Below, piece after piece: positions 38,954-49,970 of a stretch of 64,000 bases of DNA (the first letter of the stretch is position 1; each line of letters opens with the position of its first letter). The translations under genes and the position numbers were made by a program. Below the pieces are notes generated by a model. It saw nothing but the letters and a program-made list of their open reading frames with translations. It searched no databases and was not told where the DNA came from. The DNA comes from Acidimicrobiaceae bacterium. GTDB lineage: Bacteria; Actinomycetota; Acidimicrobiia; Acidimicrobiales; Ilumatobacteraceae. The stretch lies in assembly GCA_024641005.1 (NCBI GenBank), contig JAHEDX010000010.1:9212-73211 (forward strand). Direction: 5' to 3'.

Positions 38954-39739
38954 ATGACGAGTTTGCGTGACAGGTGGGCAGCGGGCAACGAGACACTGGG
39001 GTTCTGGCTGTCGGTGCCGGGCTTCGTGGCGGCCGAGATCGCCGCCCGTCAGCCCGTCGACTATGTCTGCATCGACACCCAACACGGGGTGATCGATTAC
39101 CAGGCATCGGCGTCGATGATCCAGGCGATCGAACTCGCCGGCGGCACGCCGATCGTGCGCGTCCCGTGGAACGAGCCCGGCATCATCGGCAAGTCGCTCG
39201 ATGCCGGGGCACACGGGGTGATCGTGCCGATGGTCAACACCAGAGAGCAGGCCGAAGCGGTCGTGCGCTCGGCCCGCTATGCGCCCGAGGGTTCGCGCAG
39301 TTGGGGGCCGGTGATGGCCGGGATGCGGCACACCGACAATCGCGAGTGGGCGGGTGCCAACATCGCCGTCATCCCCATGATCGAGACCGCCGAGGCGATC
39401 AGCAATCTCGACGAGATCCTCAGCGTGCCAGGGATCGATGCGATCTATGTCGGGCCGGCCGACCTGGCGATCAGCCTCGGCCTCGGCCCCAGCGGCAACG
39501 AGGGCAACCCGTTGTTCGATGACGCTCTGTCCACCATCATCGACGGCTGCCACCGCCACGGTGTCGTGCCCGGCATCCACTCGACCGGCACGCTCACCCC
39601 GTTGCGTCGCGAGCAGGGCTTCCGCATGATCACCGTCACCAGCGACGCGCTGGCGCTCCGGGCCGGGTACGCCAGCGAGTTGGCAGCAGCCCGCAGCGGC
39701 TCGGGCAGCAGCGATGCTCCCGGCGGGTCGCTGTACTGA
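38954..39739 (+). CDS. HpcH/HpaI family aldolase
   Basis: 261 aa. GFWLSVPGFVAAEIAA, DYVCIDTQHG and IETAEAISNLDEIL fit the HpcH/HpaI fold. Confidence 0.8.
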   Translation: MTSLRDRWAAGNETLGFWLSVPGFVAAEIAARQPVDYVCIDTQHGVIDYQASASMIQAIELAGGTPIVRVPWNEPGIIGKSLDAGAHGVIVPMVNTREQAEAVVRSARYAPEGSRSWGPVMAGMRHTDNREWAGANIAVIPMIETAEAISNLDEILSVPGIDAIYVGPADLAISLGLGPSGNEGNPLFDDALSTIIDGCHRHGVVPGIHSTGTLTPLRREQGFRMITVTSDALALRAGYASELAAARSGSGSSDAPGGSLY

Positions 39740-39760
39740 ACATCGCGCCGACGGCAGCGA

Positions 39761-40612
39761 TCAAACGCCTGCGAACCGACCCACGGCGATGCGGTCGTGC
39801 CCGGCGAGATCGGGTCTCACCTCGACCCGGTCGTAGCCCGTCCGCTCCATGAGCGAACGCACGGCGTCGCCCTGATCGGCACCTATCTCGAGCACGAGCC
39901 AACCGCCCGCCGAGAGATGTGCCGGGGCTCCGGCGACAAGGCGACGGAGATCGTCGAGGCCGTCTGGCCCGGCGAACAGCGCATCGGCGGGCTCCCAGTC
40001 GCGCACCGAGGACGCCAACTCGACCGCCTGATCTGCGACATACGGCGGGTTGCTCACGATCACGTCGAAGCGCTCGTTCGTGGGCAGGGCCCCGAACCAA
40101 TCACCCTCGGCGGCGGTCACGTTGTGAGCGGCCCGACCGACGCCTGCCAGGTTCGCCCTCGCGAGCGCGAGAGCATCGGCACTCGCGTCGGTGATCCAGA
40201 CGGTGGTGCCCTCGATCGGGAGCTCGACGGCCAGCGACAACCCGATCGCACCCGAACCGGTGCCGAGATCGGCAATCCGTCGCGGGTCGAACAGCATCGC
40301 GAGCTCGATCGCGATCTCCGCGACCAGCTCGGTTTCCGGCCGAGGAATCAGCACCCGTCGGTCGACTGCCAGATCGAGTCGTCGGAAGGACCAACGACCG
40401 AGCACGTACTGGAGCGGCTCGCCGGCGCGGTACCGGGCGACCATCGAGTCGAGATGATTCACCATCCGGTCGGTCACCGGTTCGTCGAGCGCCGCATCGA
40501 ACGCCGCGCCGTCGAGGGCCGTCGCGACCTCGCAGAGCCAGCGCGCCTCGTGTCGCGCCGAGAGCACCTCGGTGGTCTGCGCCCACAACGCACGAAGCGT
40601 GAGATCGCCCAT
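39761..40612 (-). CDS. prmC: Release factor glutamine N5-methyltransferase
   Basis: SAM motif IADLGTGSGAIG and NPPY motif (VSNPPYV). The start shares one base with the prfA stop. Confidence 0.85.
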   Translation of the reverse strand: MGDLTLRALWAQTTEVLSARHEARWLCEVATALDGAAFDAALDEPVTDRMVNHLDSMVARYRAGEPLQYVLGRWSFRRLDLAVDRRVLIPRPETELVAEIAIELAMLFDPRRIADLGTGSGAIGLSLAVELPIEGTTVWITDASADALALARANLAGVGRAAHNVTAAEGDWFGALPTNERFDVIVSNPPYVADQAVELASSVRDWEPADALFAGPDGLDDLRRLVAGAPAHLSAGGWLVLEIGADQGDAVRSLMERTGYDRVEVRPDLAGHDRIAVGRFAGV

Positions 40613-41694
40613 CAGCTCTCGATATCAGCCAGTTGGCGCGTCCGCTCGTCCTGGAGCAGGGCGTCGACGACCAGGTCGAGGTCGCCCGCGAGCACGTCGG
40701 CGAGTCGATACACCGTGAAGCCGATGCGGTGATCGGTGACCCGGTTGTCCTTGTAGTTGTACGTGCGGATCTTCTCGCTGCGCCCACCCCCTCCGACCTG
40801 CGAGCGTCGTTCGGCGGACATTTCTGCGTCGCGCTCGCGCTCGGCCAACTCGTACAGGCGGGCGCGCAGCACCTGCATCGCCCGTGTGCGGTTCTGGAGC
40901 TGGCTGCGCTCGTCCTGCATCGTGACGACCACGCCCGTCGGCACGTGGGTGACGCGCACCGCCGAATCGGTGGTGTTGACATGCTGCCCGCCGGCCCCCG
41001 AGGCTCGGTAGACGTCGACGACGAGGTCTCGGTCGTCGATCGTGACGTCGACCTCGTCGGCTTCGGGCAGCACTGCCACCGTGGCCGACGACGTGTGTAC
41101 CCGCCCCTGGCTCTCGGTGACCGGAACGCGTTGTACCCGATGAGGGCCGCCCTCGAACTTGAGCCGCTGCCAGGCGTCGCCGCCGCGCACGACGAACGTG
41201 ATGTGGTTGATGCCGCCCAGATCGCTCGGGTCGTGCGACAACGTCTCGACCTTCCACCTGTGCCGTGTCGCGAATGCGACATACATGTCGTGCAGATCGC
41301 GGGCGAACAGGTTCGCTTCCTCGCCGCCTTCGGCGCCCCGGATCTCGATGATGACCGCGCGCCCCGCATGCGGGTCGTTCGGCAACAACAGCTCGCGCAG
41401 TTCGTTTTCGAGCCGAGCGATGTCGGTGAGCGCGTCATCGATCTCGGACTGGGCCAGCAGGCGGCCGTCTGCGTCGGCGCCCTCGATGAGCTCGCGCGCC
41501 GCGTCGAGGTCCCCCAGGCGAGCCTCGTACGCCGCGTACGCCCTGACTGTCGGCTCGAGTTCGCGGTACCGCTGCGAGACGGTGCGGAGCTGGTCGGGAT
41601 CAGCGATCGTGCCGGCGTCGGCGAGGCGCGCCTCCAACTCGCGGAATTCCTCGGATGCCGAGGTGAGGCGAGCGTTCACACCGGGATCGAGCAT
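40612..41694 (-). CDS. prfA: Peptide chain release factor 1
   Basis: GGQ motif (SGAGGQHVNTTDSAVR) and the RF1-type PxT tripeptide (PVT). Confidence 0.95.
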   Translation of the reverse strand: MLDPGVNARLTSASEEFRELEARLADAGTIADPDQLRTVSQRYRELEPTVRAYAAYEARLGDLDAARELIEGADADGRLLAQSEIDDALTDIARLENELRELLLPNDPHAGRAVIIEIRGAEGGEEANLFARDLHDMYVAFATRHRWKVETLSHDPSDLGGINHITFVVRGGDAWQRLKFEGGPHRVQRVPVTESQGRVHTSSATVAVLPEADEVDVTIDDRDLVVDVYRASGAGGQHVNTTDSAVRVTHVPTGVVVTMQDERSQLQNRTRAMQVLRARLYELAERERDAEMSAERRSQVGGGGRSEKIRTYNYKDNRVTDHRIGFTVYRLADVLAGDLDLVVDALLQDERTRQLADIES

Positions 41695-41732
41695 GGCATC
41701 TGGAGGCTACCGTCATTCGACCAGGTCAAATC

Positions 41733-41765
41733 CTGAGTTGTTTCGACTCAGCTTTCATGTATCAT
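41733..41765 (+). promoter_or_regulatory. HAIR-like inverted repeat (CTGAGT-N7-ACTCAG) overlapping a putative hsp20 promoter
   Basis: Inverted repeat at 41733-41738 and 41746-41751. Candidate -35 TTGTTT (41738-41743), 16-nt spacer, and -10 TATCAT (41760-41765). The site sits in a locally AT-richer 157-nt intergenic region, about 85 nt before ATG 41852. Confidence 0.45.
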
Positions 41766-41851
41766 TACGACGTGCACCTTCTATGTTCTGCACACTGATC
41801 TTTCCGACATCTCATCCACCAGACCAACCAGACCAGATAGGAGCAACGCTC

Positions 41852-42292
41852 ATGATCGTCCGACACCGCTACCCCACCGCCACCCTCGACCGCAGCTTCG
41901 ACCGGGCGTTCGAGCAGCTCACCAGCTCGTTCTTCGACTCTCGCCGCCCCGTCGGCCCCACCGTCGACGGCTCATGGAACGACGACGAGTACGTGCTCAC
42001 GATCGACCTGCCGGGCGTCCCCGCCGAGGCCGTGAACGTCGAGGTCACCGGCACGTCCCTGATGCTCAGCGCGGCGACCGACACGATGGAGTGGCAGCGC
42101 AGCCTGCAACTCGGTGGGCGTCTCGATCCCGACAAGATCCGCGCCAACCACATCGACGGTCGTCTCACGGTGCGGATCGGCACCTATGACGAGCCCGAAG
42201 CCCGTCGTATCGAGATCGACACGGCCCCGGCCCAACCGGCCATCGAAGCGGCGGCCGAGGAGTTCCCCGACGGCCAACCGGCCGAGGGCTGA
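41852..42292 (+). CDS. Hsp20/alpha-crystallin family small heat shock protein
   Basis: 146 aa with an alpha-crystallin domain (YVLTIDLPGVPAEAVNVEV, NHIDGRLTVRI). TAGGAG lies 8 nt upstream of the ATG. The rest of ORF 41159-42292 is antisense to prfA. Confidence 0.85.
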   Translation: MIVRHRYPTATLDRSFDRAFEQLTSSFFDSRRPVGPTVDGSWNDDEYVLTIDLPGVPAEAVNVEVTGTSLMLSAATDTMEWQRSLQLGGRLDPDKIRANHIDGRLTVRIGTYDEPEARRIEIDTAPAQPAIEAAAEEFPDGQPAEG

Positions 42293-42317
42293 CGCCACGA
42301 CATTCCGATCGGCGAGG

Positions 42318-42349
42318 CCTCCGGACCATCGAAGGTGATGGGCCGGAGG
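42318..42349. terminator. Imperfect 12-bp hairpin between convergent genes
   Basis: CCTCCGG(a)CCATC-gaaggt-GATGG(g)CCGGAGG, lying between the hsp20 stop (42292) and the stop of the minus-strand gene (42351). No U-tract. Confidence 0.3.
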
Positions 42350-42350
42350 G

Positions 42351-43370
42351 TCAGTCGACCGGCACGAACTCGACGGGTCGGCGCAACAGCGCAGCGACCT
42401 CGCCGGTGACAGCAAGTCGGTCTCGTGATGGCATGGCCACCACGACCCGCACCTCCCCCACGATGCCCGGTCGGGCCGCCTCGGCGGCCAGCCGGGCATC
42501 GGACGCGAACGGGATCAGCTCGAGATCGACACCGGACGAGCACACGACCACCACCGACCCGCCGTCACCGTCACGGCCCGAAGCCACGCACGGAATCGGA
42601 TCCTTCAGGTTCGGACGCGGCAGCGGTGGTTCAGCCGGACGGATCTCGACAGCGCCGACGAGCTCGGGGTCCTGCTCGAGACGCCACCGGATGAACCGCT
42701 CGGCACCCAGCCGGTTGAGTGGGTGTGGGCGCGCCCCGACCTCGCGATGCTGTGCGACGGCGGCAACGATCCGCGCCAGCGATTCGACCGCCGGTACATC
42801 GCCGTGCAGCATCTGGAATGCCTCGCGGTCATGGTTGCCGACACCCACCTCGAGGCGCGCCGTGTGATCGTGTGGATCGTCGACGACCCGGCACACCTCC
42901 AATCCGCGCACTTCACCGCACAGCACGCCGTGCTCGACGACCGGAACCGCCCCTCCCTCGACGATCAGCTCCCGGAACGCTTCATGCGCCGCCGAAGGAG
43001 GCGACGACGCGGGGAGTGGCGCCGGCCCCGCCGACACCAACCGGCGGCCATCGACGCCCCAGACCTCGATCGGCAACGAGAACTCGGCACCCCGACGAGC
43101 GAGCGTGCCCGTGCCCGCCTCGGCGATCAGATGCAGAGACCGGGCACCCGCCCGAGTGGCCCACACGAGCGCTGCTCCGAGCCGGGCGTCCGGTCGCTCG
43201 TCGAGCAACACCCACGCCTGATCGCGGTGGACCAGGGCAGCACCGGGTGAAAAGCCGAGCGATTCTGGAACGCTGTCGTCGTCGAGATGGTCGCGTACGA
43301 GCGCCCGCAGCTTCAGACCGACCAGTCGGCTACGGCGTTCGTCTCTGGCATCGGCATCCGTCTCGCTCAC
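42351..43370 (-). CDS. Hypothetical cytoplasmic protein, 339 aa, family not recognised
   Basis: High GC3 throughout and no TM segment or signal peptide. It is co-directional with, and 89 nt downstream of, the DUF1501 gene. Confidence 0.55.
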   Translation of the reverse strand: MSETDADARDERRSRLVGLKLRALVRDHLDDDSVPESLGFSPGAALVHRDQAWVLLDERPDARLGAALVWATRAGARSLHLIAEAGTGTLARRGAEFSLPIEVWGVDGRRLVSAGPAPLPASSPPSAAHEAFRELIVEGGAVPVVEHGVLCGEVRGLEVCRVVDDPHDHTARLEVGVGNHDREAFQMLHGDVPAVESLARIVAAVAQHREVGARPHPLNRLGAERFIRWRLEQDPELVGAVEIRPAEPPLPRPNLKDPIPCVASGRDGDGGSVVVVCSSGVDLELIPFASDARLAAEAARPGIVGEVRVVVAMPSRDRLAVTGEVAALLRRPVEFVPVD

Positions 43371-43459
43371 CGTCCCGACGGTATCGGCATCGGTCGCAAC
43401 GGCCTCGGGCAGCGATCAATGGGCAACTCGCTCTGGGCGACGAGGCCCGCCGAACGGAC

Positions 43460-45934
43460 TCAGTCAACGAAGTAGCCGAGCACGTCAGCGAGCACGTCAC
43501 ATTTCGCCTTCGGGTTCGCCATCTCGACCGCCCCGCCCGCTCCGAGACGACAGATGACGAGATTGGCGATCGTCTGCCCAGGAGCGAGGTTCAGGTTCGA
43601 GGTGCCTGGCGCCTTCTCGCCGGCCGGCCACACCGACACATACGACGGTGCCGTCACATTGGTGGCGGCGACGTTCATGACGACCGCGGTCGCGCCGGGA
43701 GGCACGAACCCGTTCCCGGCGACGGTCAGGCGCACCGTTCGACCAGGACCCAGCGGGGCCCGGTCGGCGCCCATGCCGATACGGGTGTCGAGCACGCGCA
43801 CCGGCGGCGTCGCCCGAAGCAGATCCCCCGAGGCACCGAAGTAGCCGAACACGTCAGCGATCGCGTGCATACCTTGCCCGACTCCCGACAAGGTGATCCG
43901 ACCACCCGTGCCGATCCGGCAGATCACGAGGTTGGGCACGGTGTCACCCGGACCGAAGTTGACGTTCGACGTCTTCGCCCCGGCAGGCTGACCGGTCGGA
44001 GTGAGACGCAGATAGCCCGGCGACTCGGGCTCGGTGACCGTCAGATTCAGCACTACTGCGGTTGCACCGGTGGCAGGAACTCCGGCCTTGCCCGACACCT
44101 GCACGTCGATGGGCACGTTGTCGACCACCTTGCCGGACCGGATGCCCTGTCCCCGACGCGTGTCGAACAACCGGGACGGCACCACCGGAACGAACCGATC
44201 GCCCTGCTGGTCGGTGAAGTAGCCGAACACATCCACCAGGCAATGGGTCGTGCCGTGCGAGTTGAAGACGTCGATGCAACCGTCGGCGCCGACGGCCATC
44301 ACGACCAGGTTCGGGACGGGTCGGCCGGGTCCGCCGTTCAGGTTCGAGGTCTTGGGTCGCGCGGTGGAACCCGGGTAGACCGTGAAGTACATCGCCGAGG
44401 TGGCGTCGACCGCAGTCACGTTGGCCACCACGGCGGTCACCCCGCTCGCCGGTACCCCTCCCTTGCCGGTGACCCGCACCCGCAGTCGCTCACCTGGCTG
44501 GAGTTTGCGATGCACCCCGCCCAGACCCGTGCGCGTGTCGGCGATCCGGGCCGGTGCCAGTGGCACCAGAGACGAAGGTGTCGTCACCGATGCCGGCCCC
44601 GGTGCGACGGTGCCGTCGGCGAGCAGCCCAGGACCCCTTCGGAACAGCCGCAGGTTCTCGAAGTTGCCACCGAGCACCTCACTCGCTCCGCCGCCGAGCC
44701 ATCCGTCGATCACCGACGCGTAGTACGACCGGAAGTCGACGTGGTGCGCCATGCGATCCCAACGCTCGAGCCCCGCCAACGACGGGCGGCGACCGTAGCG
44801 ACCCCCCTTGACGTTCTGCCCGAACACGAAATGGGGGGCTGACGTTCCGTGATCGGTACCGGACCCGTCATTGCTCCACGGGGTACGACCGAACTCCGAG
44901 AACGTCATCACGGTGACGCGGCTCGACCAGGCAGGATCGAGCACCTCGAAGAACCGTCTGACCGCAGCGTTCAACTCACTCATCCGTAGACCGTGCTGGA
45001 CGGGCTCGCCGGCGTGGTGGTCGAAGTCTCCCCAGCCGGCCGTCAGCACCCGGAAACCGAGATTGGCATTGATCAGGCGGGCGGTGACCTCCAACCGGGC
45101 GGAGATGGCGGAGCTGGGGAGCTGGGCTGCATCGGGTACCACCGGCGCCAGCGTCTTGGCCAGATCGAGTTGGTCGATGAACGCTTCCGACACAGCTCCG
45201 AACCACGGGCCCTGGGCATTCGTGTGCATGTTGCGGATCGCTTGGTACTGCTGGAGCTCACGAGAGCTCGTGCCCGCACCGAACGAGGGACGGCTGGGGG
45301 TCACGACGGTCCCTCGCGCCGCCTGCCCGACGAGATGCAGCGGAACCGAGTAGCCGACCTCGGCGCCGGCGTACAGATCTTTCGAGCCGCTGAGGTAGCC
45401 GTCGAGCCAACGCCCCAGCCACCCGGTGGTCGGTATCGAGTTCGGTCGGCCGGCCATCCAGTACGCCATCGAGTTGAAATGCGACAGATCGGGATTCGAG
45501 TATCCGACACCGTCGACGATGGCGAGCTGACCGAGATCCCACATCCGCTTGAACTCGGTCAGCTCAGGATGGAGGCCGACGCTGCCGTCGAGCGACAGTG
45601 TCTCGTTGCCGGGGATAGCGATACCCCCGTGCATCGTGTAGTAGTTGCCGTCGTTGAACGGAACGACCGTGTTGAGGCCGTCGTTGCCACCGAACATGCC
45701 GATCACGACGAGGATGCCGTCCGTCGGGCCGACCGGACCCGCAGCCCAGGCGGAGGGGTCGTGGCCGAATGCCAACGAGTCGAGCAGCGAGCCGGCGCCT
45801 CCGGACACCATCCCGGCGCCCACGCCCATTCCGATGAGTTGGAGGAACCGCCGGCGATCCAGCGCGTGGGCATCCGTCTCTGGCCGGTGCAGGTGAGCGA
45901 GTGCCGAAGCGGTCGAGATGTCGGGGTCGAGCAT
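43460..45934 (-). CDS. Tat-signal DUF1501 (sulfatase-like) protein fused to three C-terminal tandem repeat domains
   Basis: Twin-arginine motif DRRRFLQLIGMGVGAG. DUF1501-type motifs FSEFGRTP and GTDHGT in the first ~430 aa. Residues ~455-824 are three repeats of ~125 aa. Confidence 0.8.
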   Translation of the reverse strand: MLDPDISTASALAHLHRPETDAHALDRRRFLQLIGMGVGAGMVSGGAGSLLDSLAFGHDPSAWAAGPVGPTDGILVVIGMFGGNDGLNTVVPFNDGNYYTMHGGIAIPGNETLSLDGSVGLHPELTEFKRMWDLGQLAIVDGVGYSNPDLSHFNSMAYWMAGRPNSIPTTGWLGRWLDGYLSGSKDLYAGAEVGYSVPLHLVGQAARGTVVTPSRPSFGAGTSSRELQQYQAIRNMHTNAQGPWFGAVSEAFIDQLDLAKTLAPVVPDAAQLPSSAISARLEVTARLINANLGFRVLTAGWGDFDHHAGEPVQHGLRMSELNAAVRRFFEVLDPAWSSRVTVMTFSEFGRTPWSNDGSGTDHGTSAPHFVFGQNVKGGRYGRRPSLAGLERWDRMAHHVDFRSYYASVIDGWLGGGASEVLGGNFENLRLFRRGPGLLADGTVAPGPASVTTPSSLVPLAPARIADTRTGLGGVHRKLQPGERLRVRVTGKGGVPASGVTAVVANVTAVDATSAMYFTVYPGSTARPKTSNLNGGPGRPVPNLVVMAVGADGCIDVFNSHGTTHCLVDVFGYFTDQQGDRFVPVVPSRLFDTRRGQGIRSGKVVDNVPIDVQVSGKAGVPATGATAVVLNLTVTEPESPGYLRLTPTGQPAGAKTSNVNFGPGDTVPNLVICRIGTGGRITLSGVGQGMHAIADVFGYFGASGDLLRATPPVRVLDTRIGMGADRAPLGPGRTVRLTVAGNGFVPPGATAVVMNVAATNVTAPSYVSVWPAGEKAPGTSNLNLAPGQTIANLVICRLGAGGAVEMANPKAKCDVLADVLGYFVD
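43463..44572 (-). repeat. Three tandem ~375-nt (125-aa) protein-level repeats inside the DUF1501 gene
   Basis: Each unit has the pattern xxRxxDTRxGxG ... V.V.GKGGVP..ATAVV.NVT ... Y.T.YP.G...P.TSNLN..PG...NLV ... DVFGYF. DTR lies at residues 466, 591 and 716, an exact 125-aa period. Confidence 0.75.
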
Positions 45935-45941
45935 GATGTCC

Positions 45942-47366
45942 TCAGGCGACGTGCAGATCGGGGGCGAGCAGGATCAGGGAGACGAGGTCGCTTCGTTCCC
46001 AGCGGCTCATCTGCTGTGACAGCGTGCTGAGCGCCTGGTGGGACGAGGCTGCGAGGCCGACCTGCATCAACTCGAGCAATCGATCGAGCAGTTCGACCGG
46101 AAGATCGCCGTAAGCGTCTTGCACATCGGTGCGCGAGATGTTGCCGCCGGCCAGATGGATGAGCCCGTCGCCATCCCAGTACCCGGACATCGCCCGCCAC
46201 GCGAACGTGCGGGCGGTATCGGTCCGCTTCGACATCGCGCTCGCGTTCACCCAGTAGCCGTTGTGCTTCCAACCCGCCACGTTCGGCGGGAACAACGGGC
46301 GTTGCCCCATGCCCTCCATCAGCCAGAGCGGCGTCGCCTCGACCGACCGCATGCCGGTGGCGACCAACGCGGCGACGACATACTCGACCGGTGATCGCAC
46401 GAGACCTTGTTTGACTCCGGTCGCGTAGAAGGCACTACTGGTCAGCATCTTTCGAAGCCATGGCATGATCTCGAAGTTCCCTGCCACGGCCGCGTCGCGC
46501 ATCGCTGCCACGACGGCGGCAGGCGGGGTGGTACCCGCGAACTCGATCCACAGCTTCCTCGACAAGAACTCCGCCGCGACCTCCCGCGTCGGGCGGCCCC
46601 GATTCGCCACCACGGTGGCACCAGCGGGAACCACACCGTTCCCCAGAATGACCTCGATCGTGTCGAAGCCGTGCAGGGTGGGGTCGGCACCCGTGTTGAT
46701 CGTCTGCCCGAGGAACTGCTTCGCGGCCCCGTCGTGCCAATCGGCCCGCCACACGTACTGCCCGGTGTCCCACTGGTCGGTGTGCCCGGTCCATGCGGAC
46801 GTCGCCGACTCGACGTCGGCCTCGGTGTAATTGCCGACGCCCAGCAGAAACAGCTCCATCAGTTCGCGGGCAAAGTTCTGGTTCGGTGACGAGCGCCTGT
46901 TCTGGTTGTTGTCGAGATATCGCAACATCGCCACCTGGGTCGACATCGCCGTGGCCAGCGCGCGCAGGTTGCCGAGTGCGCCGAGACGGAACGTGTCGAT
47001 CTGCTCCTGCATCAACTCGGCCGACCCGACCTTGCCGAACTCCGAACAGAAGTGGCCGTGCCAGAAGAACGCCATCTTCTCCTGGATCGGACGCGGCGAA
47101 TCGTGGGCCATCCGGTCGAACCAGAAATGTGTCAGTTCCTCACCACGCTGCCAGTTCGCCGCCTCGGAGAACACGACCGCACCCGGATCGGCCGGCACAT
47201 CCAGGATGTCGTCGACGACCTCCTCGATCGTGCCCAGGCCCCTCAGGTAATCGACGCGCTCGGGCCGGGCGACGAACTCGGTGCGCCGAAGCAGGTGTTC
47301 GATATCAGATTGGCTCGGCATACGACCCCCGGGATACGTCAGAGGTTGGATCGTCGGCATCCCCAC
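45942..47366 (-). CDS. DUF1800 family protein
   Basis: 474 aa. FFWHGHF and the overall layout match my recollection of DUF1800. It sits 7 nt upstream of the DUF1501 gene, the usual pairing. Confidence 0.75.
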   Translation of the reverse strand: MGMPTIQPLTYPGGRMPSQSDIEHLLRRTEFVARPERVDYLRGLGTIEEVVDDILDVPADPGAVVFSEAANWQRGEELTHFWFDRMAHDSPRPIQEKMAFFWHGHFCSEFGKVGSAELMQEQIDTFRLGALGNLRALATAMSTQVAMLRYLDNNQNRRSSPNQNFARELMELFLLGVGNYTEADVESATSAWTGHTDQWDTGQYVWRADWHDGAAKQFLGQTINTGADPTLHGFDTIEVILGNGVVPAGATVVANRGRPTREVAAEFLSRKLWIEFAGTTPPAAVVAAMRDAAVAGNFEIMPWLRKMLTSSAFYATGVKQGLVRSPVEYVVAALVATGMRSVEATPLWLMEGMGQRPLFPPNVAGWKHNGYWVNASAMSKRTDTARTFAWRAMSGYWDGDGLIHLAGGNISRTDVQDAYGDLPVELLDRLLELMQVGLAASSHQALSTLSQQMSRWERSDLVSLILLAPDLHVA

Positions 47367-47440
47367 CCGACTTGAGCTCTGGGAGACGACTTTGACGCAA
47401 CTCTGAATCGCGGCACCGGTGAGCGATGTGGCCGAAAACG

Positions 47441-47468
47441 ACGGAACCGCCCCGAAGGGCGGTTCCGT
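47441..47468 (-). terminator. Intrinsic terminator downstream of rpmE
   Basis: On the mRNA: ACGGAACCGCCC-UUCG-GGGCGGUUCCGU, a perfect 12-bp GC-rich stem with a UUCG tetraloop, followed by CGUUUUCGG. It lies 34 nt after the rpmE stop. Confidence 0.65.
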
Positions 47469-47501
47469 GTGAATCGTGCCTGCGGCCTCAGCCGCGAGGG
47501 T

Positions 47502-47714
47502 TCACTTCTTGGTACGGCTGCCGTAGCGCTTGTTGAAGCGCTCGACGCGGCCACCGGAGTCGACCAGCTTTTGCTTGCCGGTGTAGAACGGGTGGCACTC
47601 GTTGCACAGCTCGAGGAGCTGTTCGCCGGGCTTGGTCGACTTGGTGGTGAACGTGTTCCCACACGAGCACTTCACGCTGACGTCGGCATATGCAGGATGG
47701 ATGTCGGTCTTCAT
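47502..47714 (-). CDS. rpmE: 50S ribosomal protein L31 (Cys-containing form)
   Basis: [26 protein letters not shown]...[18 protein letters not shown] lies 10 nt upstream of ATG 47714. Confidence 0.95.
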   Translation of the reverse strand: MKTDIHPAYADVSVKCSCGNTFTTKSTKPGEQLLELCNECHPFYTGKQKLVDSGGRVERFNKRYGSRTKK

Positions 47715-47815
47715 GATTCGCGCACTCCTCGCTCGTACTGTGGGAATCGGACGGCCCATGATAGCTGGGTCCGCCGCGATTCCATCAGGGCCAGATCCCG
47801 ATCCGGGACGTCCGA

Positions 47816-49642
<1,827 letters not shown>

Positions 49643-49940
49643 GATGACCCTTCTTTGCGATATTGGGTGGTTCCCGAAGTGGGGCCGTTCCCGGTGACGG
49701 GGCTATCCCTGATGGGGGTGGAGCGCGTTGCGAGACCCGGCCTCGCGACGACAGGTCGCCGTGATTGCCGCGAACTCGACGGTGATACGCACATGCACCG
49801 ATCGGTTGCTTCCAGATCGGTGAACCCCTCGGATTCGCCATCACCCAGCGAGACGTCGAACGTCGAGCCGAACGGGCGATGGTGACTCAGAGTTGGTGAC
49901 GGGTCGAACAAGTGCGACCCGGGAAACCCCAGGTGCTCAT

Positions 49941-49970
49941 ACTCTAGCGAGTCGCTACCCCCCGGTGCAA
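49941..49970 (-). promoter_or_regulatory. Candidate sigma-A type promoter for rho
   Basis: On the minus strand: -35 TTGCAC (49965-49970), 18-nt spacer, and -10 TAGAGT (49941-49946). This would give a leader of about 290 nt. Confidence 0.3.

Noticed and set aside
37583-39580. 665-aa minus-strand ORF spanning the chorismate mutase, dehydrogenase and aldolase loci
   Set aside because: It crosses three independently well-supported genes on both strands, and no motif is recognisable. This is a typical high-GC antisense artefact. The same reasoning applies to 42719-44842 (+), 62113-63570 (-), 16747-18048 (-), 21493-23229 (-) and 40101-41438 (-).
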